Shown here: positions 12,776-24,891 of the stretch, piece after piece
Numbering within the stretch: the stretch's first letter is position 1
How the letters are laid out: each line of letters begins with the position of its first letter
Assembly: GCF_006345805.1 (NCBI RefSeq)
Contig: NC_043003.1
Span: 77,562,001 to 77,626,000 of the forward strand
Direction of reading: 5' to 3'
Length of the DNA stretch: 64,000 bases
Source: Octopus sinensis
Taxonomy: Eukaryota
Made by a program: the position numbers and the translations under genes
The notes under the pieces: model-generated
What the model was told of the DNA's origin: nothing
What the model saw: the letters and a program-made list of their open reading frames with translations, nothing else
Database searches by the model: none

Positions 12776-12825
<50 letters not shown>

Positions 12826-14282
12826 TTGCATTTTGTTTTTATTGGTTTGAATATTAAGCCGTGGCCATGCTGGGGCACCGCCAGTGTACATACATACACA
12901 ACTCACTATATTACATATGTAATATCCAACCGTATTTTATGTGAGACAAATGATGTTTACATGTTAAATAACAGTTTCATTGATTTGTCCTTCGGCCGAC
13001 CGTAAGATGTTTAGTGTATTGAAATGGAAACAAACAGGGATGTATGGCTCACCGAAAAAGGGACTGAAAAAAGTACCTATTTCTAAAGTAATTCGTTTCT
13101 AAAATATGAATTAAATTCGATTTGTATATTTTCAACGTTAACTTGTATTTTTGTAGCACAGAACACACAATCTATTATGAACTCTTTTAACATGTAACTA
13201 CATTGAAATCCATTTCGCTAGATAGAATTCAGAAGTTTCATTATGAATTAACATTATAAGTTCAGTGTTAGTGGATTGTTTGTTCTATTTCTTCCGTAAA
13301 CGTTCTGAGTTCATATATCACCGAGGTCAACTATGCCTTTCATCTCTCCGGAGTTGGAATAATGTAAAATTCTCGTGTCAATAGCATTGACTAAAACATT
13401 TCTCTCAAAATTACTTCCCTTGAGCCTAAACTAAAAACCATTATTAATTACAAGGTCATTACCAGTTCAAATATGTTTGGGACATATTCGAACTCGTAAG
13501 AAAGCTATTCACTGTGTTTTCTAATGGAGAAAATTCTTCACAGTACGCAAATGGTGTAAATACGCCTAAAATCTGAGCGTAGCGCCACCTACCCGGGAGT
13601 GATATGCAAACACTTCGGATTGGTTATCTCCTCTTCAGTCACAGAAACCAGACAGGGTGCGCTAATTAATACCTCATCAATAATCACACCATCTCTCTCT
13701 CATCGTCTGTCCCCCTCGTTTCTGTTTTCTCCCTAACCACCAAAGATACAATCCTTTAAATCAGTTCAAATATTTTTGAGACTCATCTGACCTGTAAAAG
13801 GATCATTTTCACGGCGGTTTGCTGTGCAGAAAATTCTCACTTTAGGAAACAGGCGTTAAACACCAACAGGCATTTCAGGGCGTCTCAGTGGACTGATGAA
13901 TGCATTTCAAACAAACCAATAATGACAACCCTGAAAGAGTGTGTTTAATTCATAACACTGCTTTTGCGTGTCTACTTCAGAATTACAAAAGATAGTAACT
14001 GGAGGTTGCTCATTTAAATATAAGCACACTCTGTAACTGACACAGCTTTACATAATAGTTCATGGTTCGTGGATCTAATTTCATTAGGATACTAAATAGA
14101 GAGATATCAGCGCATATACATATTTATTCATAACTCACACTGTATTGATGTCACTGTAAGAATTATTGACTATTAGTTGTCAAACATTTATCATTATGTA
14201 AATGCGTCAGTCACAAGTTGTTCACACTTTAATATATTAACGTTTATTGATAGTTTCTGAGGGGAGAAAGTGTGCTTGAATA

Positions 14283-14700
14283 TTGGCTTCAAATTTTGGC
14301 ACAAGGCCAGCAATTCCGGAGGAGGGGGTAAGTCGATTACATCGACCCTAGTGCTCAACTGGTACTTGTTTTATCGGACCCGAAAGGGATGAAAGGGAAA
14401 GTCGACCTCGGCGGAATTTGAACCCAGATCGTAAAGATAGAGGAAATGCTGCTAAGCATTTTGCTTGTTGTGCTGACGATTCTGCCAGCTTACTGTAACC
14501 GAATATCGATGAAGTGTTAAATAAGGCCTGAAATTTTGGTGGAGGGGCCTAGTCGAACAGATAAATCACAGTGCTCGACTGCTGCTTATTTTATCGACTG
14601 CGAAAGGATGAAAGGCGAAGTCGATCTCGGCGGACTTAGAACTCAGAACGCAAAGCCTGATTTTGTCCGTCGCGCTAACAATTCCGCCAGTTTACCGCGT
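14283..14700 (-). mobile_element. two co-oriented SINE-B copies
   Basis: GTCGACCTCGGCGGAATTTGAACCCAG and GTCGATCTCGGCGGACTTAGAACTCAG cores. Confidence 0.8.
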
Positions 14701-14721
14701 TTTCCAAATGTTAATAAATAA

Positions 14722-15824
14722 CACTGGCCTGCATGATTTTTTCATTGACTATATGGTATTTTTTTCGAAATATATGGGAAAAATAGTGATTCACGGTGTT
14801 TTTTATTCATCTCTATCACATCAGGTTCTCATATTTTACAGAAACGTTACTTTTCTCTTTTTGTATATCATATGATAAAGTATATTACCAACGAAAATAC
14901 TTACCTTATATTGACTTAAATATTAAATCTAATATATCTTTCCTTATTTTCCGATTGTGAATATGTCTAGAGGCTGCATAAATTCACCAGGCATATTTTG
15001 TTATGTCTGCAAGCAATTTACCCCTTCAGATTCCCGGAGCAATATCACTCCTTTGTTGAAACACTGTTATTTAGCGTATTTTGACTGCAAACTAAGAGGC
15101 CAGGACAAGCCATTTGCACCTCACAAAGCTTGCAAGAGTTGCAGTTTTCAAGGTGAATGCTAGATTTTTCTTCAAGCTTCTTGGGAAACAGCTGCTCCCC
15201 AGAATATGAAAAAATGATCCAAGACCTAATATCAAGTTTCCAACAACTTGGATCTAGAATGAATGAAAAGATGCACTTTTTGCTCTCACATCTTGATTAA
15301 TTTCCCAAGAATTGTAGAGGCTACATGAAGAACAAGAAGAGAAGTTCCACCAGGATATTTTTATCGTGGAAACTCGATACCAGGACACATGGAATATCAG
15401 CATGATGGCGGATTACTGCTGGTCAATGAAACGTGGTGTTGGTTCGGATGCATAGCACAAACAGAATTCAAAGTGGGCCTCCTTCTTTTGAATCAATACG
15501 TAGGCGAACCATTAGGAGCATATTTTTGTTACATTCATTTGATTTTACGTTGGTTTATAATTCATTTCATGTTGATTTGGAATACATATATTCTTAAAAC
15601 AAACAGAATATGCTTTTTCATGATTACTTGCTTAATTTTAATAAAGTAACAATTTATTAAAAATTCATATTTTTATATTATCATTAATTTGTATTTTATT
15701 GAAAATCCTTATGCGATGAAGTAAAATGGTTTAGATATTTAAAATCGGCATCCGAAGGATATGGAAGATCACATCCGTAAATAAAAATTAAAATTTAAAG
15801 AAAATTCCCAAATGCAGACCAGTG
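14722..15824 (+). mobile_element. internally deleted Chapaev3-type (CMC) DNA transposon
   Basis: 13-bp TIR CACTGG(C/T)CTGCAT, TAA TSD at 14719-21 and 15825-27; N-terminal MSRGCINSPGIFCYVC...QDKPFAPHKACKSC joined to C-terminal KMHFLLSHLD...EQEEKFHQDI...RYQ..W...MMADYCW. Confidence 0.85.
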
Positions 15825-16708
15825 TAATAAATAGCAGAGGATGCGTCCTTTTGGGGGTTAAAAGTAGTAGTAACGCTGGTTCGTACGGAACAGCCATGTT
15901 GAAGTGGTGACAAACATTACTTCTCAGAATAGTTACTTCTTTAATTTCTTATAGAAATTTTCTAACTAGTTACTTTGCTTAATAAATAATTATTTCTAAT
16001 ATAGGAACAAGACTTGAAATATGGGATAAGGCGTTTAGTCGACCACATCGGCTTCAGTACTTAATCGGGATACGATATTATTGACACCAGAGGGATGAGG
16101 AGCAAAGCTGGAATGATTTTTAATTCAGAATGCAAAGGATCAGAAAAAATAGTGCGATGCGCTAACAATTCTAATAAATCACTACTCGTAATGATTGTTT
16201 CTAACAGAGATGCAAGGACAAAAAATTGTGAGGGAGGAAAACAACTGATTACATCAACCCAACTTTATGTACTTTGTCGATTGTAGGGGCATGGAAAGCA
16301 AAGTTACCCTTATTGGAATATGAACACGAACACATAAAGAGCCGAAAGAAATACGACAATTATTTTTCTGACGTCCTATCGAAGTGTTAACTAATAATTG
16401 TTTCAAAATTTGCCCCAACGCCAGCAATTTTAAGAGAAAGGTGTTAGTTGATTACATCGACAACAGTACTTGACTAGTACCTTACTCTTTCGACTCCCGA
16501 AAGGATGAAATACAAAGCTAACCTCGGCAGTATTTGAACGCAGAACGTAAAGCACCAGAAGAAATGCTGTTAAGCTTTTAGCCCATCGCGTTACTGATTC
16601 TGTCAGTTTGAAACCAATCAGGTCACTTCTCATGCGAAGCGCTTGAAAATATTCTTGTGGGTCAAATTACAGAGTGAGACTTCTTACCACACAGCAATTC
16701 TTGCGCTT

Positions 16709-16748
<40 letters not shown>

Positions 16749-17094
16749 TATACACACACACATATTTGGGGATGGTCATTTTTGTTGTTGTTGCTAATTA
16801 ACCACAGGCACTATATACATGTTCTTAATTTCAGTTTTATTATCATTCTTATTTCAGTTTGCTTTGCCTGAAATCTTTCGTCACACATCCTGTGACCTCT
16901 TCAACCACTCTCCTCTTGACCACGTGCCTCCTATTCTGTTTAATCCATTCTGTCTTTCTATGTGTGCATCGTCATCTGCTCATGCGTTTGCGTCACTATT
17001 TTAGTGTGCATGTGTGTGCGTGCGTGTGTGTGTATGCACGCGCCTGTGTGTACGTGTTTATGTGTTTAGTATTTGTGTCTTGTGCGTGTGCCTT

Positions 17095-18660
17095 CTGGAC
17101 TTGCCCAGATTTATCTTTGCTCCTATCATTGTTTCGTATTCCTTTAGAATGGTTCGAACTACCTCCACCTCTGTGTTGTCCGATATCATTACGAAGACAT
17201 ATGCCGACAAATCTTTCCAGCACTCCAACTCAGACAGTATACACCTAACTTTTGCAGTAATGACTCGAGAGCCAACAATTGCAGAACAGATCAGAGAGAG
17301 CACCTATTGTTCTAAAGTGATGTGGGCCCCGCCAAAAGCCATATGTTTCCCATATCCTTTATCACATGGGAATTTCCATCGATGGGTACCGTACGCTTTT
17401 TTTCTGTTCAAACCATTGATGACATGTAGCAATCATTTTACAAATGCCTTGCCCAAAGTCTTAAACCTTGCTTTTGGTGGGGTTATGGGCTGGAAATTAT
17501 TTAAGACATCCTACTTGCTGAATTCCTTTCTAAGCCGCATTAACACATGCCCCGGTTCACAGGAATGGCATTTCCTTCGCTCTAATCAGTTGCGGTAGAT
17601 GTTTGCCAAAGAGGTTGCTAAATAAGCCTGGTATATAGTCATAAAACTTAGGGAAGTAGATCATTCAAACCGATCACTACCTTTCATATCTTTCACCAGT
17701 ATGTCACATCTTCCGCCGAGAGCCAAGGCAGGCCATCGAGATAAACACTGAAGACCTATTTCTTTACTACCCACTAGGGGCTAAACACAGAGAGGACAAA
17801 CAAGGACAGACAAAAGGATTAAGTCGATTATATCGACCCCAGTGCGTAATTGGTACTTATTTAATCGACCCTGAAAGGATGAAAGGCAAAGTCGACCTCG
17901 GCGGAATTTGAACTCAGAATGTAGCGGCAGACGAAATACCTATTTCTTTACTGCCCACAAGGGGCTAAGCACAGAGGGGACAAACAAGGACAGACAAACG
18001 GATTAAGTCGATTATATCGACCCCAGTGCGTAATTGGTACTTATTTAATCGACATCGAAAGGATGAAAGGCAAAGTCGACCTCGGCGGAATTTGAACTCA
18101 GAATGTAGCGGCAGACGAAATACCTATTTCTTTACTGCCCACAAGGGGCTAAGCACAGAGGGGACAAACAAGGACAGACAAACGGATTAAGTCGATTATA
18201 TCGACCCCAGTGCGTAATTGGTACTTATTTAATCGACATCGAAAGGATGAAAGGCAAAGTCGACCTCGGCGGAATTTGAACTCAGAACGTAGCGGCTGAC
18301 GAAATACCGCTAAGCATTTCGTCCAGCGTACTAACGATTCTGCCAGCTCGAAGACCATCGTTCGCTCTGAATAGTCAAGTAAATTTCTTTGGGAAAGCCG
18401 CACACATCTGCTTGAAACTGCGTAGCCTGAGACAGTTCCGGTCCGTCAAATTGTGGCATTGTTGCAATGTCTCACATCTATCACTCGAGCGCCCAACAAA
18501 CAGATTTCTTTGCCCCGTGCTTTAGTGCACGGGTTTGCTAATGCAGAGTTCATGTTGCGCGTGGAAGAAATTATCGAGAATCATTGTCGGTGCTAGATAA
18601 TCACAAGCGATAGCTTTTCTAATGACCTCCAGTAGCTTGCTAACTAGCTCTCCCTCTAAC
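17095..18660 (-). mobile_element. L1/Tx1-like RT fragment (pre-RT to about RT domain 6), interrupted by a SINE-B trimer
   Basis: Minus-strand peptides QMCAAF, VYLDGLPWLSAED, YQAYLATSLANIYRN, LNNFQPIT, SDNTEVEVVRTILKEYETMIGAKINLGKS; frameshifted and internally deleted. Confidence 0.7.
17757..18349 (-). mobile_element. head-to-tail SINE-B trimer
   Basis: Three ~182-bp units joined at GACGAAATACC; GAAGACC flanks both ends (17750-56, 18350-56). Confidence 0.9.
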
Positions 18661-18699
18661 CTATTTTCTTTATCACTAAACGCTAACAATTCTTATTAG

Positions 18700-18732
<33 letters not shown>

Positions 18733-18734
18733 TA

Positions 18735-19195
18735 ATCCTTTCTACTATAGGCACAATACCTATAGTGAAGAGGTGGACAGTTAATCACATCGACCCCAGT
18801 ACTCAACTGGTACTTATTTTATCGACCCAGAAAGGATGAAAGGCAAAGTCGACCTCGGCAGAATTTGAACTCAAAACGTAAAGACGGACGAAATGCCGCT
18901 AAGTGCTTTGTCCAATTTGTAACGATTCTGCCAACTCGCCGCCTTAGCAACAACAACAACAACAACAATAATAATAATAATCCTTTCTACTTTAAGCACA
19001 AGGACTGAAATTTGAGAAGAAGGGTAAGTCGATTACATCGACCCCAGTATATAACTGCTACTTAGTTTTATCGACCCAGAAAGGATGAAAGACATAGTGG
19101 ACCCGACGGAATTTGATCTAAGAACGTAGCGACTGACGAAATACTGTTAAGCATTTCACTCGGCGTGCTAACGAGTCTGCCAGCTCACCACCTTA

Positions 19196-19237
<42 letters not shown>

Positions 19238-19385
19238 GTTTCAAATTTTGCCACACGGGCAGCCATTTTGGGGAGGGGATGTTTCGATTATATCGACCCC
19301 AGTGTTTCACTGATACTTAATTTATCGATCCCGAAAGGATAAAACGCAAAGTCGACCTCGGAGGAATTTGAATTCAGAATGTACT
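18735..19385 (-). mobile_element. three SINE-B copies linked by (AAT)n/(CAA)n
   Basis: Each starts CCTTTCTACT or GGTTTCAAATTTTG directly after an AAT array. Confidence 0.85.
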
Positions 19386-19392
19386 GCTGCTG

Positions 19393-19434
<42 letters not shown>

Positions 19435-19436
19435 AA

Positions 19437-19471
<35 letters not shown>

Positions 19472-19474
<3 letters not shown>

Positions 19475-19768
19475 AAATCACAAAGTACTTCGAACTGAAA
19501 GTGGAAATGGCAAGACTGTATGGAACGCGAGAGGGTAATGTAAAAGTGATACCAGTGGTGAAAGTGATACCAGTGGCTCAATCCCATTGAAACTTCAAAA
19601 CTTCTTAAGGCAACTGGAAATCTCATGCAACATTGATGCCTTGCTAAAAACAGCCTTATTGGGCACAGCGCACATTTTAAGGAAATATTATCTGTCTCAG
19701 GTCCTTGTTGTGACTTGACAGATGACTAAATACTCCGGGGCATTTTTACCTACACTGTGATACGAAGG
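19472..19768 (+). mobile_element. R4/Dong-like 3' end (family 1) embedded in (AAT)n
   Basis: KITKYFELKVEMARLYGTREGNVKVIPVV / GSIPLKLQNFLRQLEISCNIDALLKTALLGTAHILRK, short 3' UTR, AAT arrays on both sides; 16-bp duplication AAAGTGATACCAGTGG at the frameshift. Confidence 0.85.
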
Positions 19769-19897
19769 AATAATAATAATAATCCCTTCTATTATGGGTA
19801 CAAGGCCTAAAATTTTTGGGGAGAGAACTAGTCAATTGCAACGACCTTCAGTACTCAACTGGTACTTATTTCATCGACTCCGAAAACATGAAAGGTA

Positions 19898-20442
19898 AAT
19901 GCCCTGATGCAGTACCAGACAGTGGCTCTCAGGGCTTTGATCTTAACTGATTAGAAGTGCTATCATATACATTGATTCGTCTTCATATAAAAGATGGGCT
20001 CCATAAAATATTCTGCTCAATACCACAGATATATTAGTCAGTTGTTTGACCTTAGCTAGTTGAGCATGTCCCTTGGTGGCTGACGATATGAGCAGTAGTA
20101 GTAGGGGAAACATCATAGCAATGTGTTGAGAGGAATTCTTTGGGGTTTGAATAATCCACCTCTGGAAACATGGGTGTTTCGTTTATCATCCTTAAACAAA
20201 CCTTATTCAGGGACCTTTTGAGCGGCATCGGCCACTCAACCTGAAGAAAATTCTAAGTGGGCCCCACCTGCAAGTTCATGTGCTGTTTATCTTGATATGA
20301 GATCTCCATATTGCGCACATATGGTTGTGATGCATGTGCCTGGTGTACCCTTATCGGACAGGCAGTCATGATGGGTGGTTTATTGGATTTCGTATATTTG
20401 TACCCCAGTGTCACTATGATAGCATGCACTACTCTCTCACTC
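19898..20442 (+). mobile_element. ~545-bp non-coding (AAT)n-anchored element, longest copy
   Basis: Homologous to 25935, 27300, 27945 and 61521 copies; ends ...CTCTCTCACTC then (AAT)n. Confidence 0.85.
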
Positions 20443-20488
<46 letters not shown>

Positions 20489-20514
20489 CCAGCTGGTAGA
20501 ATTTTGAGACCAAA

Positions 20515-20957
20515 AACAATTTCAATAATAATAATAATGGTTTCAAATTTTAGCACAGGTTCAGCAGATTACATGGAATCCAGTACTTCACTGATACTTA
20601 TTCTATCGAACCCTCCCCCACAAAAAAGAAAGGCAAAGTCGATCACGGTGGAATTTGAACTCTGTACGTAAACGCAGACGAAATGCTGCTAAGCATTTTG
20701 TCCGGCATGCTAATGATTCTGTCAGGTCGCCGCCTAATAACAATAATAAAACTAATTAATAATAATACTAATGCTTTCAAATTTTGGCCCAGGGCCAGCA
20801 AATTCGGGGATGGGATAAGTCGATTACATCGACCCCAATGTTCAACTGGTACTTATTTTATAGACCTAGAAAGGATGAAAGACAAAGTCGACCTCATCGG
20901 ACGAAATGCCACTAAGTATTTTGGCCGGCGTGCTAACGAATCTAACAGTTCGCAGCC
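20515..20957 (-). mobile_element. two SINE-B copies in AAT-rich linkers; the second lacks the B-box segment
   Basis: Second copy reads GTCGACCTC-ATCG-GACGAAATGCC. Confidence 0.75.
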
Positions 20958-21017
<60 letters not shown>

Positions 21018-21725
21018 CAACAACAACAACAACAACAACAATAATAATAACAAAAACAACAACAACAATAACAATAATAATTTGAGTTGCCCTAATTTCA
21101 TTCCTCCCTATGCTCCTTGCCGGACACGTGTTTGATCGTCTGTAAGAGAGAACACAGTTTGTTTACTTTCCAGTCATTAAGTTCTTTACACAGAAAAAAT
21201 ATTGATTTATCAATGATCTTTCAATAACATCTAGCACTGGATGGTAGTAACGTTAAGCCGAGAAACTTCCAATTCTAAATAAACAGCCGATTCTCTTCTC
21301 GCCCACCCACACGTTGCATCTTCAGTTTTTGTTTCTATCAGGCATGAACTATTCTTCCTTTCTTTCTCATGTCTATCGGCTCCAGTATCTTCATCATTTC
21401 TATTGCATTTCCTTACGATTTGATCATAATATTTTTCTCTGCGATTCTCTTACGATTCCGTCAGAGATCAATACGAACATCGGCAATGTAACATACAAAA
21501 ATGACCTTCAAAACGTACTCTCTACATCCCACCGCGTACTTAAAAACAGATGCTCACTTCCTGTATGGTAATCAAAGTATTGAAAAATTTAAGACTGGCA
21601 GTTTTCGTTATTTCTCTAGCATTCTTAGAAAAAAACTATAGATATTTTGAAATTTCCTCAGCTAGCTTTCTAATCTTCTTTTCATTCATTATATCATGAA
21701 TATATCTTTAATCCCTTACTTAATT

Positions 21726-21943
21726 CATTCATTAGACTGGAGCACTACCTTGAACTTTTAGTCGAATGAATCGATCCCAGTACGTCTTTTTTAAGCCCGG
21801 TAATTATTCTATCGTTCACTTTTGCCAAACTGCTACGTTACGGGGATGCAAACACACAAACACCAGTTGTCAAGCGATAGTAGGGGACAAACATAGACAG
21901 AAAGACGCACATATATAGATATACATGAATACAGTCATATATA

Positions 21944-22007
<64 letters not shown>

Positions 22008-22176
22008 ATTTATACGACAGGCTTCTTTCAGATTCCATCTACCAAATCCATTCACAAGGCTTTGGTCGGCCCGAGGATACAGTAGAAGACACTTGCTTAA
22101 GGTGTCACGCAGTGGGATTAAACTCGGTACCATGTGGTTGTGAAGCAAGCTTCTTACCACACAGCCATGCCTGCGC
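21726..22176 (-). mobile_element. SINE-A
   Basis: CTTCTTACCACACAGCCATGCCTGCGC end, internal (TA)/(TG) array. Confidence 0.85.
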
Positions 22177-22182
22177 CTTTTG

Positions 22183-22218
<36 letters not shown>

Positions 22219-22268
22219 TTATATATATATATATATAAGAGCAAATAAAAAATAACTAAATGATAAAA

Positions 22269-23085
22269 GACCGGTTAAACTGCTCGGGATCTAGTTCGGT
22301 CCGAGCATGCAGTTGGACAAGAACTGGGATGAGATTACAAACAGCATAGTCAGCCGTACACAGAAATGAGCTGAGAGGAAGCTATCCATGAAAATAGCGA
22401 GAAGCTGGCGAATGTCTACATCACCTGTCATAATTTATCACCTAACTGTCTTGCTGGTTTGTTTTTTCGTTTCCTGTCAGGTGGCAGCACATTTTGCAAA
22501 GCGGATTAGATATGAGTGTACAATTTAAGAGGCATTCTTTTCCACAGCTCTCCTCTTCAAAGTAGTTTAAGTTCTGGGTCAAGAAAGCCCAAGATTGAAC
22601 ACCTGGTATCTGAAATATCAAGTGCACACACCGCTTTCTACTAGTTGGAAATTGCTGTCAGTAGGGGTTTTGCTTTAGCAATATAGAAAGATTGAGTCTT
22701 AGATGACTTCTTCAGAAATACTCCAGTGTCAACGAAGACAACCTGTTTTGAAAGATTCCCGGTACAAATACTAGTGTGGATTATTTCCAGACATTCTTGG
22801 TCAAGCGGTGTAACAAAGGGGAACTACCGGTTAAAGATTAACTTTGCATTCAGAGTCACCAGGCGAAGTTGTCCGAGACGCAGACAGAGCATGTGAAGTC
22901 TCAGATCACTGATGACTTGGGGAATTACGTCAAGCAACTGTTGTCAAACGTGGGACGGATGCAGCTATTTGCTGAGTCCATAGTAGAGCCCAGCATGTTA
23001 CGCAGGTAGTTTTTCTGTTTGTTGGCTACGGTGAAGGAAGTTGTGCGGTGGATGAGGCTGAGAGAAAAGAGCATAGTCTTTCTGC
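22269..23085 (+). mobile_element. L1/Tx1-like fragment (RT domain 7 onward)
   Basis: PVKLLGI*FGPSMQLDKNWDEITNSIVSRTQK*AERKLS, then decayed C-terminal coding sequence (FAESIV...FFCLLATVKEVVRW). Confidence 0.7.
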
Positions 23086-23195
23086 TTCAAGTTTCATTTG
23101 GAATGAAAAAGAGGATGGAGAATGAAGTGCTCTCTACCAGTGAATTTGCCAAAAGGCAGGTGACTGGCAAAATGGTTAGAGTGAACGGAACTATT

Positions 23196-23410
23196 GTATG
23201 GAGACGCGTGGGTTAGTGGTTAGGATGTTGGACTAATGATTGTAAGAGTGTGGTTTTGATACCTGGAGCGGGTGCAGCGCTGTGCTCTGGGGCAAAACAC
23301 TTCATTTCAAATTGCTCTAGTCCACTCTGCTGACAAAAATGAGTAATCCTGAGACTCCCGTTTAAGTGGAGAATATATATAGGCCATGAAATCGGGAAAC
23401 CAGCTCGGTA
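23196..23410 (+). mobile_element. SINE-C, diverged
   Basis: TGGGTTAGTGGTTAGG A-box region, GGGCAAAACACTTCATTTCA body. Confidence 0.65.
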
Positions 23411-24173
23411 TAACTCGAGAAGGTAACTCTACCTACTTTAAGTATATGAGTGTAGATTGGAGAGCAACAATTGAACAAGAATTCATGCTTTCGATGGTCA
23501 AGGTGATCAGAGTTCTGTGGGGGTTTTGAGTGGCTCTAGTTGGGTGTAGATGGATGCTCGCCTTTTATGAGGGGGACTGCATTGTTCATATTATCACATA
23601 TTTTGCATACTATATATACGTTTCATCTCGTTAACCCTGTATACTGTTTCCCATTACTCAAATTATAGTCAGTTTTGTAATGACCCCTTGGGCTGACACC
23701 TCTGAGGCAATTAAAAGAAATTATTACTATTATTATCACTATTGTTGTTGTTGTTGTTGCTGTCATTGTTGTTGCTATTCATTATTTCCTGGCAAGTTTT
23801 GAACAAAAACTTGGGATGAGAATATGGCAGAAAAGGTTAGCTAGCACAAAGGTAAAAATTTATTTGACATTTTCAAAATCGATATCAGAATAGAAGATTT
23901 AAAATTACATGAATACGCATAAGAGTTAATCTTTAATGAAGCTCGAAGTTTTTACTAATATGCAGGTATATACATATATATATATATAGTGAAGGGAAGA
24001 AATGGAGCCTTCACTAAATATATAAAACTTCAATTATCCGCGCTAAAGCACGGGGGCGAAACCCCATGGTCGTAACCTCAACCGTGTCTTTTCTGGTGTG
24101 ATTTTTGCTACACAGGTATCGGTTAAATTTTGAATAATCCGTAACAAGATAATTCATTTATCCATTTCATTAA

Positions 24174-24290
<117 letters not shown>

Positions 24291-24310
24291 ATGTATGTAT
24301 GTATGTATAC

Positions 24311-24891
24311 ACTAGCTTAAAAGCCGTGTTATTGGGTGGCTTTTAAGCTAGTATATAACTTTTAAGCAACTGACCCTGAATGGGAAGATCTGCAAACAGA
24401 TCTCTGACTTGTTTTGGCGAATTTGTTGCAGTTGTTTCCTCCAGAGTCATAACCCAATGACGATCATATTCGTCGCAAAAAATCATGTAAAATAAAATCG
24501 CCGAAAAGAATCGCATAATGGAAACATAGGAATCCAAAATTTTAGGATTGCAGGTCCGTATTCGGCCCGGAATGTTTGTAATATAGTCACAGAGTTGACC
24601 TTTGGATTATAAAAATTGTTATCGTGCAAAAAAAATTGTTGCAAAAGTCACGTAAAAAAATCTCCGAAAACAATCACAGTAGTGAAAACTTCGGGATCCC
24701 AAATTTCAAAATTGTGGGTCCGGATTCGACCCGGAATGTTTTCAATTTACTCACGGAGTCAGCCTGATTCCAAAATGGTATGCCATGTTGGGCTACAGTA
24801 ACTCGGACTAAAGTTGAAAAAGTGTGATACACTGACACACTGACATTCATATTTATTATATTACTAGCCCTATCGGGCGTCTTTTAAGCTA
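24311..24891. mobile_element. non-autonomous Helitron/Helentron-like element
   Basis: 15-bp perfect hairpin ACTAGCTTAAAAGCC/GGCTTTTAAGCTAGT at the left end; CTTTTAAGCTA and a GCCC/GGGC mini-hairpin at the right end; internal repeat GGTCCG(T/G)ATTCG(G/A)CCCGGAATGTTT. Confidence 0.4.

Noticed and set aside
17014-17598. 194-aa plus-strand ORF
   Set aside because: Starts in a (TG)n tract and is antisense to the L1/Tx1 RT relic
17757-18349. SINE-B arrays as hammerhead retrozymes or CRISPR-like arrays
   Set aside because: No CUGANGA/GAAA core on either strand, no unique spacers, no cas genes
19900-19940. Possible HDV-like ribozyme P1 (GCCCTGA/TCAGGGC) at the 5' end of the 545-bp element
   Set aside because: No P1.1/L3/J4-2 consensus, and other copies read CTCATGGC, breaking the pairing
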